Source: Blepharisma stoltei ATCC 30299 (lineage: Eukaryota > Protista > Ciliophora). From it: a stretch of 64,000 nt of DNA. Shown one piece after another: positions 23,090-38,267 of this stretch. The position numbers and the translations under genes are program-made. The DNA lies in contig CBFDEM010000063.1 of the NCBI GenBank assembly GCA_965603825.1, forward strand, positions 248,001 through 312,000, given 5' to 3'. The notes beneath the pieces are model-generated. The model made no database searches. It saw nothing but the letters and a program-made list of their open reading frames with translations, and was not told the DNA's origin. Every line of letters starts with the position of its first letter. Positions within the stretch are counted from its first letter, which is position 1.

Positions 23090-26077
23090 ATGGACTATTC
23101 CTCTGATATGTCTTTTCGACAAACATGCCCATCATGTATGGAGCTACAAAGCAGTCTTGACGATTTCCATGATAAACTCAGCACGCAGTCATACGACCTT
23201 CAAAAAGCCCAGTCTACCATTGCAAAGCTCATAAGTGAAAAAGTGTCATTAGAAAATAAGCTTTCTTTATCCAAAGCTTCTCTAGAAACCCATGATGAAG
23301 AACAAACAATTCTTCTTCAAACCAAAGTAGATAACCTTATAGCTGATCTAATAGAGAGAGACAACACTTTAAGCACTGCTAAACAAATAATCAAAAAACT
23401 CAATCATGAATCCGAAGAATATGCAAGAACTATTAGTGAACTAAACTCTCAGGTAGCTGAAGCAAAAACAAAGTCCAAACAATTTGAAGCACTTTATTTG
23501 GAAAATGTTAAAGGATTCCAAGAAATTGAAGTTTTAAAGAAAACTGAGCAGAGAATCAAAGCAGAAAATTTCAAATTAAAAGAGCAGATTGATGTGATGA
23601 AAGAAGAAAGTGCAAAAGACATCGCGGATTTGGAAAATATGATAAAGCATTTAATTACTGAAAAAGGAACATTAGAAGAGCTTATAGGGGAACTTGAAAT
23701 AAAATTAGGAGAAATTGATAAGGCTAACGGCCAAAGGGAAAATTTGTATCAAGATACTCAAAATAGGATAAAAGAGCTGGAAGAAGAGATTGAAAGAAAA
23801 AATTTTGAAATCAAGCAGCAAGCAGAAGACTGGAAAACACAAAAAGAACAAACAGAAATAGAAGTTAATCATATGAGAAGGGCTGCTGAAAACATGATTC
23901 GGCAGTTAAGAAGCATGGTTGGAGCTGATGTAAAAATTCCTGAACTTGGTGAAAAAATCAATCAAAAAATCGTTTTTTCTAAAAATTCAGGCAAAAAAGA
24001 CCCACAAGTTCAGAATCAAAATAGTCAGGCTCATACTGATATCTACAAGATGAATTCAGAAGAAATGAATGGGCGTTCATTGGAACGAGAAATGAAGCTA
24101 TTAAAATTTCTTTCAAAACTAGTTAAATCTGAAGGGAAACATTTTGCCAATGAATTTGAAAATTTAGAAAAAAAGCTATCATTAAGCAGAGCAGAAACTG
24201 AAAAGTGAATTATGAGGAACGAAGAATTAGAAATAATCCTCAACTCACACTTAGAAACCGAAGTGAAATTATTTGATATCATTTCTAAACTCAAAAAAAC
24301 TATCATTGTTAAAAACCAGCATTTGGGACAAATTGAGCAATCTTTCGCAGACTTATTAGGGATTTTGCATATGACGATAGAAAATTTCGAAGCTCTCAGG
24401 CTAAATACTAAAATTGAATCAAATAATTTATCACAAACAAGTGAAAACCTTGAAAGTGCAATAGCTGATTGAAAGTCTCAAATAGATATGTTTAAAACAA
24501 AAATAGAGGACGCTATGGTTCAAAATGAAAAATTATTTAATGACAATTCTGCATGAAACAAGGTCGTTGTCAAGAAAAACCAAGAATTGCTCAGCATTAA
24601 TGATGAATTGGAAAGCTTTCAAAAAATCAGCAAAAAGCTAGAAGAAGAGCTGGATACCACAAATAATGAAATAGCAAATTTACAAAAATATAATAAGCAG
24701 CTAGAAGAAGAGTTAGAGAAGTTTAATAAACAAGAAGCTAAATTAATAAGCAGCTTTGGTGCCGATTCAGTTGAAAAAGCTATTGAGATTTTTATGAATA
24801 TTCAAGAAAACTGCAAAGATGCATTAAATCAGTTGGCACATAATGAGGCTGAAAAGAAAGAATTTATAGGAAGAGTTTCAAAACTTCAATCAGAAATAGA
24901 AAATTTAAATGAATTGGTAAGAAATAAAGAAAAAAGTATTTTGGAAATCAAAATAGCTTCAAAAAATGCAGAAAATGATTTTTTGTGCAGATTTAATGAA
25001 ATCGAAGCCTTGATAAACAGAAAAGAAGAAATAGAAAAGGATTTGAAAGAGGAAAATCAAAGAATAAAAAAAGAACTGGAAATATACAGTGAAATACATA
25101 GTAAAGAAATGGAAGAGATAACAATGAAAAAGGAAGCAGAAATAAAAAAACTATGAAAAGAACTTGAAGAAGCTAAAATTGCTCAGACCAAGACGCTTAA
25201 TGATAAATCAGAAATAGATGATTTAAAGTCTCAAATAGAAGAACTAAAGCTAAAAATCAAAGAAAGAGAAAAATATATTGAATTATTGCAAAAAACTCAA
25301 CAGCAAATCGACCAAAAAATCCTTTCCCCTCACAATAATGTCTCAAAAACTATAAAATTTGAAGAAAATACAAGAGACGAAAACAGTTTTATAAATGGTT
25401 TATTAAGATCGATAAAAGAAAAAAATGATCAAATTTTGGATCTTGAAAGAGAGCTTAGAAGATCAGAAAGCCAAAATAATTTAAAATCCCAAGTATTAGA
25501 CCTTGAAACTATCATTGAGCTTCTTTCCAAAAAAATGCTAGACATGCTAGGCAAGAGAATCCAATTGCCAAGAATTGAGTCTTTAAATCCAAATGTAAAA
25601 AAATGAATAACTCCATTGTTTCATCACTTGGAAGAAATAAGAAATCTAGGAAATTTTTATAACGTCGAAAAAGGATATAGTGAATTGGTTGATGTTCTTA
25701 AAGAGCTTCACCCTGCAATTTCTTGGGAATCTGTTAATTCTGCTCTTAGAAGAGAGGAGGGAATAGAAATCCTTATAAGGTTACTTGTAGACACTCTAAA
25801 ATCCAATGCAAAACATATCAAAGATGCTAGAGGTTCATGCAAAGAAATCATCTGTGACACCATTTCTCATATAGAAGAAACAGAAAAAAATACCAACCAA
25901 ATTTCTAATACAGGTGATGAAATTCTCAGCACATTATCAAATATAGACAGTGAAGTTTTACAGCGAGAAATGGTTGACAAGGTGGTAAAAATGCTTCAAA
26001 GACTTATAAAGCGGCTTCTTGAAGGCTTCAAATTTGAGCGGGAAAAGCTGCTTCAAGCCTTATCATATGTAAAATAA
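23090..26077 (+). CDS. Long coiled-coil protein (~995 aa; the five listed ORFs form one gene)
   Basis: All fragments share one frame and end in TGA except the last, which ends TAA at 26075-26077. E/K/L-rich. Confidence 0.8.
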
Positions 26078-26099
26078 TATTAATTACTATAAATTTACA

Positions 26100-27602
26100 T
26101 TATTGGTGGTTTTGCAGTATATTATTTCCATAATATGCTAAATATCCTGACCTATTAGGTGTGCTTCGTCCAGAAGAAAACGAGTTGTTCATGTTGGGGT
26201 TATAAAGTTTACTAGATAAATCGCTTTTTCTTCTTACTGGTGTATGGGATTGGCTTATATTGGTAGGTGTTAAGCTGTATCCTGGGACTTTCGCGTAGAT
26301 TTGATGAGAGCCTAATTGGTAGGCTTCTAAGTCTCTTCTGTTTATTTTCCGTTCATCTTCGTTCATCTTGTGGAGTCGTTTTTTATCTGACTGTTTTTCT
26401 TGTATTTGGTAAGAAATTAGCTCAGAGTACTGCTGCTGTTTAAGCCGGTTTCTTTGTTTTTCTTGATTTACAAATAAATCTAATCTGCGCTGCCTTTCTG
26501 CTAGAGAAAATGCGTAGTTTTGGTCCTCATTTATTATCTTTTTATTAATTTCTTGCTTTTCTTTGATTTGTCTTTTAATTGCTTCTTGGTTTTCTTTGTA
26601 GCTGTTCATTTGATTTATTTTTTCTTCATACTCTTTTCTCCTTTGATAGTCTGCTTGAGCTTTTTGGAACTCCAAAGCTCTAATTTCGTCTTCTTTTGAT
26701 TTAATTTCCATAGGAGAAACTGGCTGCATTTTTCTCTGCATTTCATAAAACTTGTGAGAAAATTCATCATATTCAGAAAGAAACCTTTGCCTCCTCTCTT
26801 CATAATCATCTCAATGAGAAAACGCATTATTTATATACTGTTTGTCCACGATTTTTTCTTTTTCTTTTTCCATTTCTTTCAGCTTCAGTAAGTATGCATT
26901 ATAAAGGTTGATTTCTTGCTGCTTATAAAAAGCTTCCCTCTTCTCAATTTCAGCTCTTCTTCTGGCTTTTTCTTCTTCAGTTTTGATTCCATTTAAAAAT
27001 TCTTCTCTATCTTTTGCCCTTTGTACGTGTTTTTCTTCTAAAGTTTTATAATACTCGTTTAAGCTTTCGTCTTGTAGCTGCTTTTGGACTTGGAAGCGGT
27101 TTCTTGATAAAAATTGGTCTCTTGAGCTGATATTGCTGCTTAGCTCATCACTAAAATCTTTTAATTGTTTTTCTTCATTTCTTTCTCTTAATTCTTGTTG
27201 CGATTTAAATTGCTGCTGGGATTTTAAATAATTGTCAAGCTCTTCTTTGTATTTTTTCTTTTTTTCAGCTTCTTCAAGCTGTGCTTGGATTTCTGCCATT
27301 TCTTGTACATCAGCTTGATGTTTAATGATCCCGGCCCATTCATCTTCTCCTTCTTTAGGTCTCACCGGAAACTGCTTAAACATCGGTGTGCAATTTCTCT
27401 CAATCCTTCTTCTTATTTCTTCTAAAACTCCTGCAAAATCTAACCCTTCATCAAATAGGTCATCAACATTTTTCAATTCTTGATCAATGTATTCTAATTT
27501 CTGATTTTATCTTACTTTTACGCCGAATTCTGAAAGCAAAATTTTCTTGAGCTTTTCTTTTCTTCTAAAACTTAATACTTGAGAACGATGGGTATCTGAC
27601 AT
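26100..27602 (-). CDS. Charged coiled-coil (E/K/Q/R-rich) protein; one intron
   Basis: ATG at 27602, intron 27501-27515, TGA=Trp at 26811-26813 and stop TAA at 26100-26102. Confidence 0.75.
27501..27515 (-). other. 15-nt intron GTAAGATAAAATCAG
   Basis: GTA...CAG on the minus strand with A at position 10. Contains an in-frame TAA. Confidence 0.8.
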
Positions 27603-27880
27603 TTAGGTGTAAATAAATTAGTTGAATTTTCATATGGAATTTTCTTCAATATTCGTTAAATTTAATAAGCGATTATTTTAATGAGAAATTATTGATTCAG
27701 AAGAAGAGAAATATTATTAATTATATAATTTTCAGTGATTATATATTTATATGGTATTTGATTATAAATTATTAAAACATATTGATATGGGAAATCAGAA
27801 TTCACTATGCATCAAACCACTTAAAGTGATCTGATGTGCTTGAAAACTAATGAATTTTAAACTGATTTATTATCTATAAT

Positions 27881-28549
27881 TTACTCTAAATAAGTCAAAG
27901 CAACATCATCAATTGGATCAAGTTCATCTAAGCCATAAAAGCTGGCTTGTAGCTCTTCTGATTCTCCAATAAAAGCTTCTTGACATTTCCCAATTTCTCT
28001 TTGTGAAAATTTGCTCGAAAACACATTGCTTGCGCCCGTGGCAGAAATCAATGGTTTTAAGCTTTCACGCTTTGATCTCCTGAGGATGCTTTTCCATCTA
28101 TTTTTAACATTATTTTCAGTTCTTCCAGGCAAAAAATTTGCAATAATGCTCCATTTATTGCCAATTTCTTGCTGTTTTTCGATAATGATTTGGTCTTCTT
28201 CATAGGTTCAGTCTCCTTTCTTTAGTTTAGGATTCAAATGGTTATGCCATCTTTCACGGCATTGTTTGCCATTACGTACAGGGACTTCGTTATGAATCTG
28301 CTTGTTGATTGCCTTCGCGATAATAGTCCACTTTTTGTAAGACTGCGTATTAAGTAGGCTGATGACAATATCATCCTCTTTTTTGGTCCATGGATGCTTT
28401 AGATTGCCAGATAACACCCTTGGGTAAATGAGAGGTGAATATTTATGCTTCAGGCCATCAAGCTTGCAAGGAACCATTCAGATTTCATCATCAATTTTGT
28501 AGGGACTAAGCAAGGATTGATGGCTATTATCTTTATTGTTGCTTTCCAT
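27881..28549 (-). CDS. R2R3-type Myb transcription factor (~222 aa)
   Basis: WTKKED...KWTIIA...RNGKQCRERWHNHLNPKLKKGD[TGA=W]TYEED...GNKWSIIANFLPGRTENNVKNRW. Confidence 0.92.
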
Positions 28550-29353
28550 GTGTGCTGTGCGGTGCTCCGAATTTAATTATTATTATTCCATAATTTTGTG
28601 AATTTTATAAGCTTTTTTATAATAGTAAAAGTTAAAAAAAAAGTTTTAGGATTTTTTATGCATGATATTTGTCTTATTTTGGCTGAATTTAATTTCTATC
28701 TACACTAAATAAGGTTGCTGTCAAAAATTTGAATCAAAATTTTTAAAAATACAAATATTCTTTGAATCTGGTTTAAAACAATAATAAATTATAATAAATC
28801 TATAGTTATGTTTTCTGTAAAGAGCTATATAGATTTAGTATAATGCAAAACTTTTAATATCGCCAAAAAATAATAATTATAATTTAATTATCGAATAAGA
28901 CTTTCTGATATATTTTATAACTATTTACTGTCAAAATGTCTAATTTACTCAATAAACAAATTACTTAATTTCTTATAAAAAATAATAATGGACAATTCTA
29001 AAATCAGATTCAATCAAAAATTCTTATTTATTATAAAACTAGCATAAGATTGTTATCATATTAAAAGCTCAAAAAGTCGCTTTTAAGGGATAATTTATCT
29101 TCTCCATTTACCTTAGCATCAGTAAAAGATTTATAAAACCATATTTTTAAGGAATAGCATCTAAAATTTTACTATTTCCAATAATAAAAATCTATCATAA
29201 TGCTCTCTATTCATAATTACTTTATATCAGATCTTCAATAAACTCTTCTCAGCTCTCCATAATCAGCTTTCATCAAAAAATTATTTTTATTCATCTTTCT
29301 CAAACAAATCTTTGTAATACTCGAAACCCACAAAAATAAACCCTAAAGAAATT

Positions 29354-32300
29354 ATGGAAAATACTTTTGAAAAAAGCTCAGAAAGAAAAGACTTAGAAAA
29401 CCTCACCACAATAACCCGTAGAGAACGACTTTACCACAGCCTTGCTAATGATAGAGTTCACCGTTGACAGACAACTCTTTTCGATGTTTTTGTAAGACTA
29501 GAGTCTGTTGATGGAAAAAGGAAAAGGAATAAATTTCAAATTCTTATTAATTACTTGGCTTTGATTATAAGGAAACTTCAGCTTCTATCATTAGTTCTTT
29601 TGGATTATAATTTAGAAGTATCGTTTACTTTAATGTCTTTATTTAACACACTGATGGTTGGAACCAGACTCGACGTTTTATCAATTAAATTAGATTTTGA
29701 AATTGAGTATCTTATGGCCCTAATCGCTAGTGTTTATATATGAGGAGTATGCTTTGTGCTATTATACATACAGATTTATTTTAAAAAAAGAATCTTCCTT
29801 AAACCAATAATTTTGAGTGCACAAATCTTGGGATGGCTATGTGAATACATTATTTTTATACCTTATATATATACGGCATTAATTTATATTAAATATTCCT
29901 GAGATCAAAATCATAAAGTAGAAGAGTATGGCAGCAAAGTTTCGGATAACCTCAGCCCTCTTACAGCTTTGATCCTGATATTTGGTGCTATAATTCTTCA
30001 GTTTATTTTGTACTTCCGAACGATCTATAACTGTAATCCTGCCTATTCTTTGAAGAACAAGCGACATAGAATGTATTCTTTGATATCTTTGAAAGATTTT
30101 TTCCTACAAGAAGTCGTTACATTTTGTGCTTTTACGAATTCCGTGTATTATTTTGAGGCAACCTGCATAATCTCATCTTTATATATGGCTTGGCAATATA
30201 TTGCATATCTGCCTTTTGTGACTCTTTTTGATAACGGTTTTGAAGCTAGCACATGAATTATGCTCATTTTCGGGGAAATTTCTCATATTATTGCTTATCA
30301 TGTAGGAGCATTGCATGCAAAGGTACTTTTAATGGTTTTTGTGTTTCCTGCCGCAATGGTTTTGTTTTATTCCCTTATGAGGTGGCGCTTTGACAGGATT
30401 AAGAATTGGTCAAAAGATGATCCTTTTACAGTTGAGCTTAAAATTCGAAAGATTCTGCTTGGGATAAAGCTGCAAGATTTTACAGACGAACTCCTTGAAA
30501 TCATCAAAAAAACGTATACAGAAGCCACTAAAAAATTTTTATCATTTAAACTTATGTTTATTTGGGAAAGTATTTTTACTTTAAATTATAGGAATAATAA
30601 ATCACTTGCATTGCTCAAGCTATCAAAAATAAACTTTTCTTGCACTGAGCATTTAAAGATTTGGTATCAGTCGGATAAGCAAGTGTCCAGTTTTTATTCT
30701 TTTCCTGATTTAGAAGCTGAATTTTTATTTTACTTTTTATACAAAAAGCTTGTCAATGAAGAAAGGTCTGAAGATCTTATCCTGCTTCGATATCTAAAAG
30801 ATATGAATGAATTTAAAAATAAAGATTTAGAAGTTTCTTCAGAACTCTGAAACGTTTACCGAAAAATTTCAAACATTTCTAGGCACCCTGCTCGGGCTAT
30901 TAATAGGGCTTGCACAAAACTAATAGAGGTAAAGCATAGTTTTGAAATTTTTGCGGAAAGAATGATAAAAAAATATCAAGCGGACTCAGAGCTCCTGTCT
31001 ATTTATGGGTCATATATGACTGATTTTTTAGAACAAAGTGAAGGGAATTTGTTTTTAGCAAGAAGTAGAGTGCTAAAAGAATCAAATGATGGAGGAATAG
31101 AAAAGCTGACTGGGTTTAAATATCAAAAAGGGACTTCTATTATGGTTGTTAGTGGGATGTTTGGATCAATTGGAGATATTTTGTATCTGAATAATGATAT
31201 ACTTGACTTACTTAAAATAGAATGCATTGATAATGTAATAGGAACAAGCTTCTGCCAATTTATGCCAGCTCCATTTGATGTGATGCATTACGATATTTTA
31301 AGAAGATACTTAATTTTTGGTGACAAAGTTGATTTATATCGTCCTCACATGTTTTTAATTACAGCTGAAAACCATTGTGTTGAAGTTTCTATGCATTTTA
31401 GACTTGTATTCTATAAGCAAATTCCTTATTTCATAGCAGATTTCAATTCAAGAGGCCATCGAAAAAATTTAATTTTGCATTCTCCTGATGGACTTATTTA
31501 TGCTGTATCAAAAGATATCAAGAATTTTATTGGGAGTAGAGAAGGCACAGTTTTTGAAGTGATTTTAAATTTAGCTTATTATTATGAACAATATGATACT
31601 GGACAATGTTTTGAATATAATGAAGATTTTTACTGTAAAATGATGAGGTTTAAATTAGCAATTGATGGGTTTGTATTAGAAGTTTTATATATGGCTGATT
31701 CGCTTGAAGCCATAAGCCCTACATCAGATACTCCACCATTATTCATTAAAAAGAGGGCAGGATCTTTTAATGAATTTGCATATAGGACTGATATTTCCAT
31801 GGAGCCTGACGAAGCGTGGAAAAAAACCACTGATGTCGCAAGCAACCACACCTATGCATCTTCAATTTTATCTAAAATCAGCATAAAGAGAAAAACAGAA
31901 GTCGCTAATTTAAAAATATTTACGCTATGCAGAGCTTTAAATATGAATATCAGGATTGCTATAGGAGTTTTATTTGTAGTGACATTTATTTCAATAATTT
32001 TAGAGACGGTTTTGGTTAATAATCTCAAAATGTCAGATATTCTTAATGATTTGGATTATATGAGATATTTGGAAAACTCTATACTCTTAAATATAAGGTC
32101 GCTTGATTTAATAAGCCAAGGGTATAAAACTGCCTTTACTGAATCTTACTATAGAGATTTGCTTCAAAAAACCTCTGAAAGTTTAGAAGATCGTATAATA
32201 CTTAACAACGATAAAATACATTCTTATGGCTTTTTGCACAATATTTTTTCGGATAACAAAGCATCAATATCAGAATTAATTGAAGGGAATTCTGTTAGAG

Positions 32301-33481
32301 TTACTTATGAAAATTTATTCCATTGTGCACAAGCTTATGTTACACATGCGAAAGCAATTATAAATACTGATATTAGCGATTTTAAAACTATTTATAATGA
32401 CTTCTATTTTATTTATTATAACCTTCCTACAGAAATGATAAGAATGCTAAATGAAAGCGTTTACACAATTTCAAAGGATTTTGAGGACCATGTTGATAGC
32501 ACTTTTTTATTTTTAAAATTCTTCAAAGCTGCATTTTTTGTTCCCCCTATAATAATGATAATTTTATCTATTCCAACCCTCATTATACTAGAAAAAATAA
32601 ATAAAGAAAACTGACATAACTTATCACATCTAGACATGGATCGGCAGACATATTTAAGAGACAAACTTATAGATAGACTTCGCGATCTGCATGGAATAAG
32701 TGTTGATTTTATAGAACCGAAAGCAAGCACAAATGAAAATTACTCTTCTATTTGAAAGATCCTGATTATAAAAATATTGCTATTGCAGATCTTAAGTATT
32801 GCGTACTATATTGCTGCTTTATATGGTTTTCAAATTGAGCTGAACGAAATATTAATTTATCAATCGAAATTCATTTTTAATCATGGCCTCAGAAGAATGC
32901 TATCAGAGAATTCTTATTTTTGGGCTAGAGAAAAATTCGTAGGCGAATTTAATAATTCTTTTATGAATTGAATAGACAAATCGCCATTTCCATCTTTTTC
33001 AGTGAAACTTGATTTTGTAATAAATGAGCTTGAATATCTTGAAAAACTCTTAAGCGACAAAGATTATTCTGAATTTTATAGCAGCAATATGGTTAATTTA
33101 GAGGTGGGAAATCCATGTGACGCAATTGAAGAAAATTTAGCAAGCTGTGAAAGTAGCTATGTTGGTGTAGGGATTAATCCAGCAATGAAAAGCTATGTTA
33201 ATGAGCTAAAAGATTACTCTGTATCAAGCCATTCAAGCTGAGAAGATATTGTTAGATTAGAAAAATATTCTGATGTATTAGCAAGATCTACTGTTTTTAT
33301 GACCTATAATTATCTTAATTCAACTGATGATAAAATTGATGAAAAAATCACCGGATTAATGGTCGCAACACTTCTTTATTTTTTTTCTCTGATTATTGTG
33401 TCAATTATACTTGTATTCCATGCAGTAAATAAAATCAAAAATGAATTGATTGGAAAAATAGATATTTTAAAATATTTTTAG
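29354..33481 (+). CDS. PAS-domain multi-transmembrane protein (TmcB/TmcC-like), array copy 1, ~1375 aa
   Basis: All listed fragments share one frame. N-terminal TM bundle, then a helical region, PAS-like SGMFGSIGDILYLN...MPAPFDVMH, and C-terminal TMs. Ends TAG. Confidence 0.8.
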
Positions 33482-34133
33482 ACATCGGTTAGATTGATTA
33501 AATCTAGTAAATTATCTTGTTTTTATTTTATCATAAATTAGCAGAAACTAAACTAATGATTTAATAATTTTTTAGCCTTTTAGAATTATTTGAAAAATAA
33601 TTTTAAATATTTCATTTTATTGAATGCAAGTAGGCAACATAATTTTATTGGATTACTAAAACTAAAATTTTAATTTTCCAATTAGAGAAATATTATAATT
33701 AATACATTTTTCAAATCAACTTATTGCAATAAATAACCTCAATTTTACTAGATGATAAGTATAAATTAAAATATATATTAATAAAAATATTTACAAATAA
33801 TTTATATATTATCATGGCATGCTGCAATAATTAAATAATTCTTGTAAAATTAAAGATTTAATTAAATCAAATTTAAAATAAATATTGCGATGTTTCAAAG
33901 AAACTATTTTTATTATTTTAGCAAATATTACGTCGAAATAAAGCATGAAATTACAGGATTTTCTTCTCCAAAAATCTTGTATATTAAATAACTCGCCTTA
34001 AAAAATAATAAGTAAAATAATCACAAACAAATTTCAATCAAATTGAGGTTGGTGTTAAGAAAATCCATTAATTCAAAAGCATTCGATATACTGTTCTTTA
34101 GTAATCTTAAATATTGTCTATAAAACCTTCAAC

Positions 34134-37100
34134 ATGGATGAAGAGTCAGTAAAGAATAAAGAGAGCAGTTCATCTAAATTAGATACTGTCATATGCCAGC
34201 GTAATGACTTGTATAAACGACTGGAAGCTGAAAGGGAAAGTCATTATAAAACTGTTTTATTTGAGACTTTTATAAAGCTTGAAAATAGTGATAATAAGAC
34301 CAAAGCTTCAAAGGAATATCTGATTCTTAATTATACTGCACTTTTTATTCGAAAATTTCAGCTATTATCCATCGTTCTCATGAGTTTTGAAACTTCAGCA
34401 AATATTACTTTAGAATCTTCTTTGAATGGACTATTAAAATTGGTGCGAATTGATATTCTTTGTATTGACTTTAATGCCGAGTCTGAATTTCTATTTATCT
34501 TATTAGCCAGTATATGAGGATTATTTATTAGCTTTTCCTTGATTTACTTCCAAATTTATAATAAAAAGAGCATTATGCTAAAACCTTTCATTTTTGTTGC
34601 TAAATTATTAGGATGGGCAATTGACAATATATTTTTTATTCCTTATTTATATAGTGTGGGAATTTATACAAAATATACTTTTTTTAGTAAATCTATGGAA
34701 GTAAAAGAGTATGATAACACAAGTTCATCTAGCTATAGCACATATTGGGCAATCCCCTTAATTTTGGGAATACCAATTATACTTCTAGCAAGTTTTTTTA
34801 GGACGATTTATTATTGCAATCCTTTCTACACAGTAAAGATTAAAAGAAATAGGATGCATTCATCAGTAGCATTAAAAGATATTTATTTTCAAGTAATCCT
34901 GGTTTTTTTGTCATTTTATGATACAGATTTATTTTTCAATATTTTATGTGTCATGATTTCACTTTTCATGATTTTTCAGTATTTTATATATATGCCATTT
35001 GTAGCTATATTTGATAATGTATTTGATATAAGCACCTGGACTATGATTCTTTTTGGAGTAATTTCACATCAACTTTCAATTCATACTAGTGCTAAATCAG
35101 TTCGAGCGTTAATAATGATTTTTATCTATCCATGCTCATGGATTATTATATATTATTTTATGAGCTGATGCTTTGATCATGCAATAAATGCGTCAAACAA
35201 AGATCCTTATGGTATAGAGCTAAAAATAAGAAACATTCTCTTTAAATCAGATTTCAAGTTTTATGGCAATTCAGATATTCAAATAAAGGCCATATTTAAA
35301 GAAGCAACAAAAAAGTTTTTATCCTTTAAAATGCTTTTTGTTTGGGAAGGTTTGTTTTATTTAAGATATGAGAGGAATAAATCATTAGGTTTACTAAAAC
35401 TATCAAAAATCAATTTTTCTTGTCAAAAACACTTAAGGCTATGGCATAAAATTCATAGAAATATAACAAAATTTTATAGCTACCCTAATATAGAAGCTGA
35501 ATATTTATATTACTATTATTACAATAAGCTGATTAATGAAGAATATGAAGAAGATTTGATACTGATAAGATATATTCGGGATATTAATCAGCTTAATGCA
35601 AAAGATCTAGAAGTCGCATGTGATCTTTGAGAGCTGTATACAAAATTATCTAACGTTTCTGACTATTCTCCAAGTTCTATTAGCAAATCTTGCTCAATAC
35701 TTGCCGAAACTAAAAGGAAATATGAAGAAAAGGCAGAAAAAATGATGAGAAGGCATCACTCAGATCCAATAGTTCTTGAAATATATGGATCTTATAAGGC
35801 AGATTTTTTAGAAAATATTCATGGAAAAATGCTTTTGCAGAGAAGCAGAAGTTTAAAGAGCACAAAAAATACAGGAGTCGATAGAAGTCCTGGTTTAAAG
35901 CATCAAGGAAATGCTGTTATGGTTGTAAGTGGAATGTTTGGATCTATTGGTGATATTTTATATTTAAATGATGAGATTTTAAGACTGCTAAGTATTGATA
36001 GTATTGATGAATACCTTGGCACAAGCTTCACACAGTTTATTCCTGCCCCTTTTGATGTAATGCATAATGATATTTTAAGGAGAGGTCTAATTTTTGGCGA
36101 AAGAGTGGAGGTGCATCGACCTAATCTGTTTTTAATCACTACTAGAGGACATTGTGTAGAAGTTACAATGCATTTTCGTCTTTCTTTTTTTAAGCAAGTC
36201 CCTTATTTTATAGCAGATTTCAATGAAAAAGGGCATAACAGTAATTTAATTCTGCATTCTCCAGAAGGTTATATATATGCTGCATCACAGAATATCAATC
36301 AGTTAATAGGAGATAGAAAAGGTACTATATTTGAGGTTCTTAATAATATTGCTTATTATTTTGAAAAATATGAGCCAGGGACCTCTTTTGAGTATCATGA
36401 AGATTTTAGCTGCTTTATGCTAAGAACTAAGCTTGAAATTGATGGCTCACCATTAGAAGCATTATATCTTGCAAATGATGCTGATTATTTTACTAGCATT
36501 AATGCACATGAATCTTCGCCAGCAAAAGAAAACGACGAACTATTCAGCAAAGATATTGATAAAACAGAAATCACAGCAGTTCCAGTTGAGTTAAATTTAA
36601 AAAGCGGGGTAGTGAGCTCATATACGTCAACAATGTTTTCAAAAATGCACAAAAATAAAAAAATCGAAGAGGTTGAAAGTGACAGCAAGAAAATTATAAA
36701 ATTTTGTAAATCTATGAGCATGAAAATTAGGGTTTCCATAATATTTTTACTCGGGATTATTATTTCTACTTTACTTGCTGAAAAATATTTAATTAAAGAG
36801 CTAAGCTTATCGATTTTTATCAATAATTTTGCGACAATGAGATTTTTGGGGGTTGGCATTTTATTTGACTCAAGGTCACTTGATTTGTTGAGTAAGGACT
36901 ACAACTTATCGTACACAGAAACAGCCTATCGAAATTCATTGCAGTCAAATATAATAAACTTAGAAAATGCTTTAAACTCAGTTAGTTCAGATATATCTTC
37001 TTATTCATATTTGACTAATGTTTTTATAGAAAATGAAATAGTTGTTACTGAGCAAATTAGCAATGGCATATTTCGTGTAAATAAAGTAAATTTATTTCAA

Positions 37101-38267
37101 GCTTTGCAAAAAATAGTGCAAGAAGGTTCTAAAATTTATAATACCGAGCTATCAAAATTTTCTGACGTTTATGATAGTTTTTATTATATATACTGAAATT
37201 TTCCCGCGGAAACATTTAGATGTCTGAATGAAAGTCTATATTCAACTATAAACGAAATGCAAGGCAATACATTATCAGTATTAGATTTTTTAAAGAATTT
37301 CAAATTGCTTGTTTTTATTCCAGCTTTACTGATAATTGCCCTTTCTATTCCCGATATAGCTAATCTTGAAAAATACAACAAAAAAAATTGAAGTAGGCTT
37401 TCATCATTGAATATAGAAAGACAAATAGCTTTGAGAGATAAGCTTATTGAGAGACTGTGCGAATTTCATGGAATAATAGTAGAAGAAATTGAGCCAAAAT
37501 ACACTTCAAAAAAATTTTATTCATTTATTTGAAAATCATTTATCTTTAAAATCCTCCTATTGGAACTCGCAAGCATTCTATATTATTTTATTTCTATTTA
37601 TGTGTTGCAAAGTCAGATTAGTGATGCATTGATTTCTCAAACAGACTATAGATTTCACTCAGGATTGCGAAGATCTCTTACTAAAACTACTTATTTTTGG
37701 GCGAGAGAACAATTTTTGGATAAAAATAATGCTTCTTTTATTACAAATATCTTGCATGACGGCAGCTTCTTTCCCTCAATTCCACACAAGTTGCAAAATT
37801 TAATTGATGATTATGATTATTGCCAAGAACTCATAAATTACGGGTCCTTGAAGAAGTATTATAATGATGAAATGGTAAGCCTCATGGTTGGAAATCCTTG
37901 CACTCAATTAAATAATACAATATCAAAATGTAAAACCAGTTATATAAGCATGGGAATAGTTCCATCTATAAAACTTTATATAAACGAGATAAAAAGAGTA
38001 CAAAGCTACAATAGAAATGACTGAAAAGAAATTATCAAATTAGAGCAGTATTCAAAATTGATATGTAGTTCGGTAGGCTCAATGGTAAATATTTTTATGA
38101 ATACAACAGATAGCCACATCGATGATAATTTGAACAATCTGATTATTACAACTTTATTTTATTTTTTACTTATGTTAATTATTGCAGCTCTTATAGTTTT
38201 TACAGCTGTAAATAGAATGAAAAATGACTTGATTGACAAAATTGAAATTCTAAAGTATTTTGAGTAA
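34134..38267 (+). CDS. PAS-domain multi-TM protein, array copy 2, ~1377 aa
   Basis: Single frame with TGA=Trp and collinear with copy 1. Ends TAA. Confidence 0.82.

Noticed and set aside
28560-29350. Retained IES or transposon in AT-rich spacers; telomeric repeats; CRISPR
   Set aside because: No terminal inverted repeats, transposase motifs, CCCTAACA arrays or repeat-spacer pattern were seen. An intergenic IES cannot be diagnosed without reads.
23069-38267. Mass pseudogenisation suggested by the fragmented ORF track
   Set aside because: The fragments are in one frame and end in TGA. They merge into intact genes under TGA=Trp.
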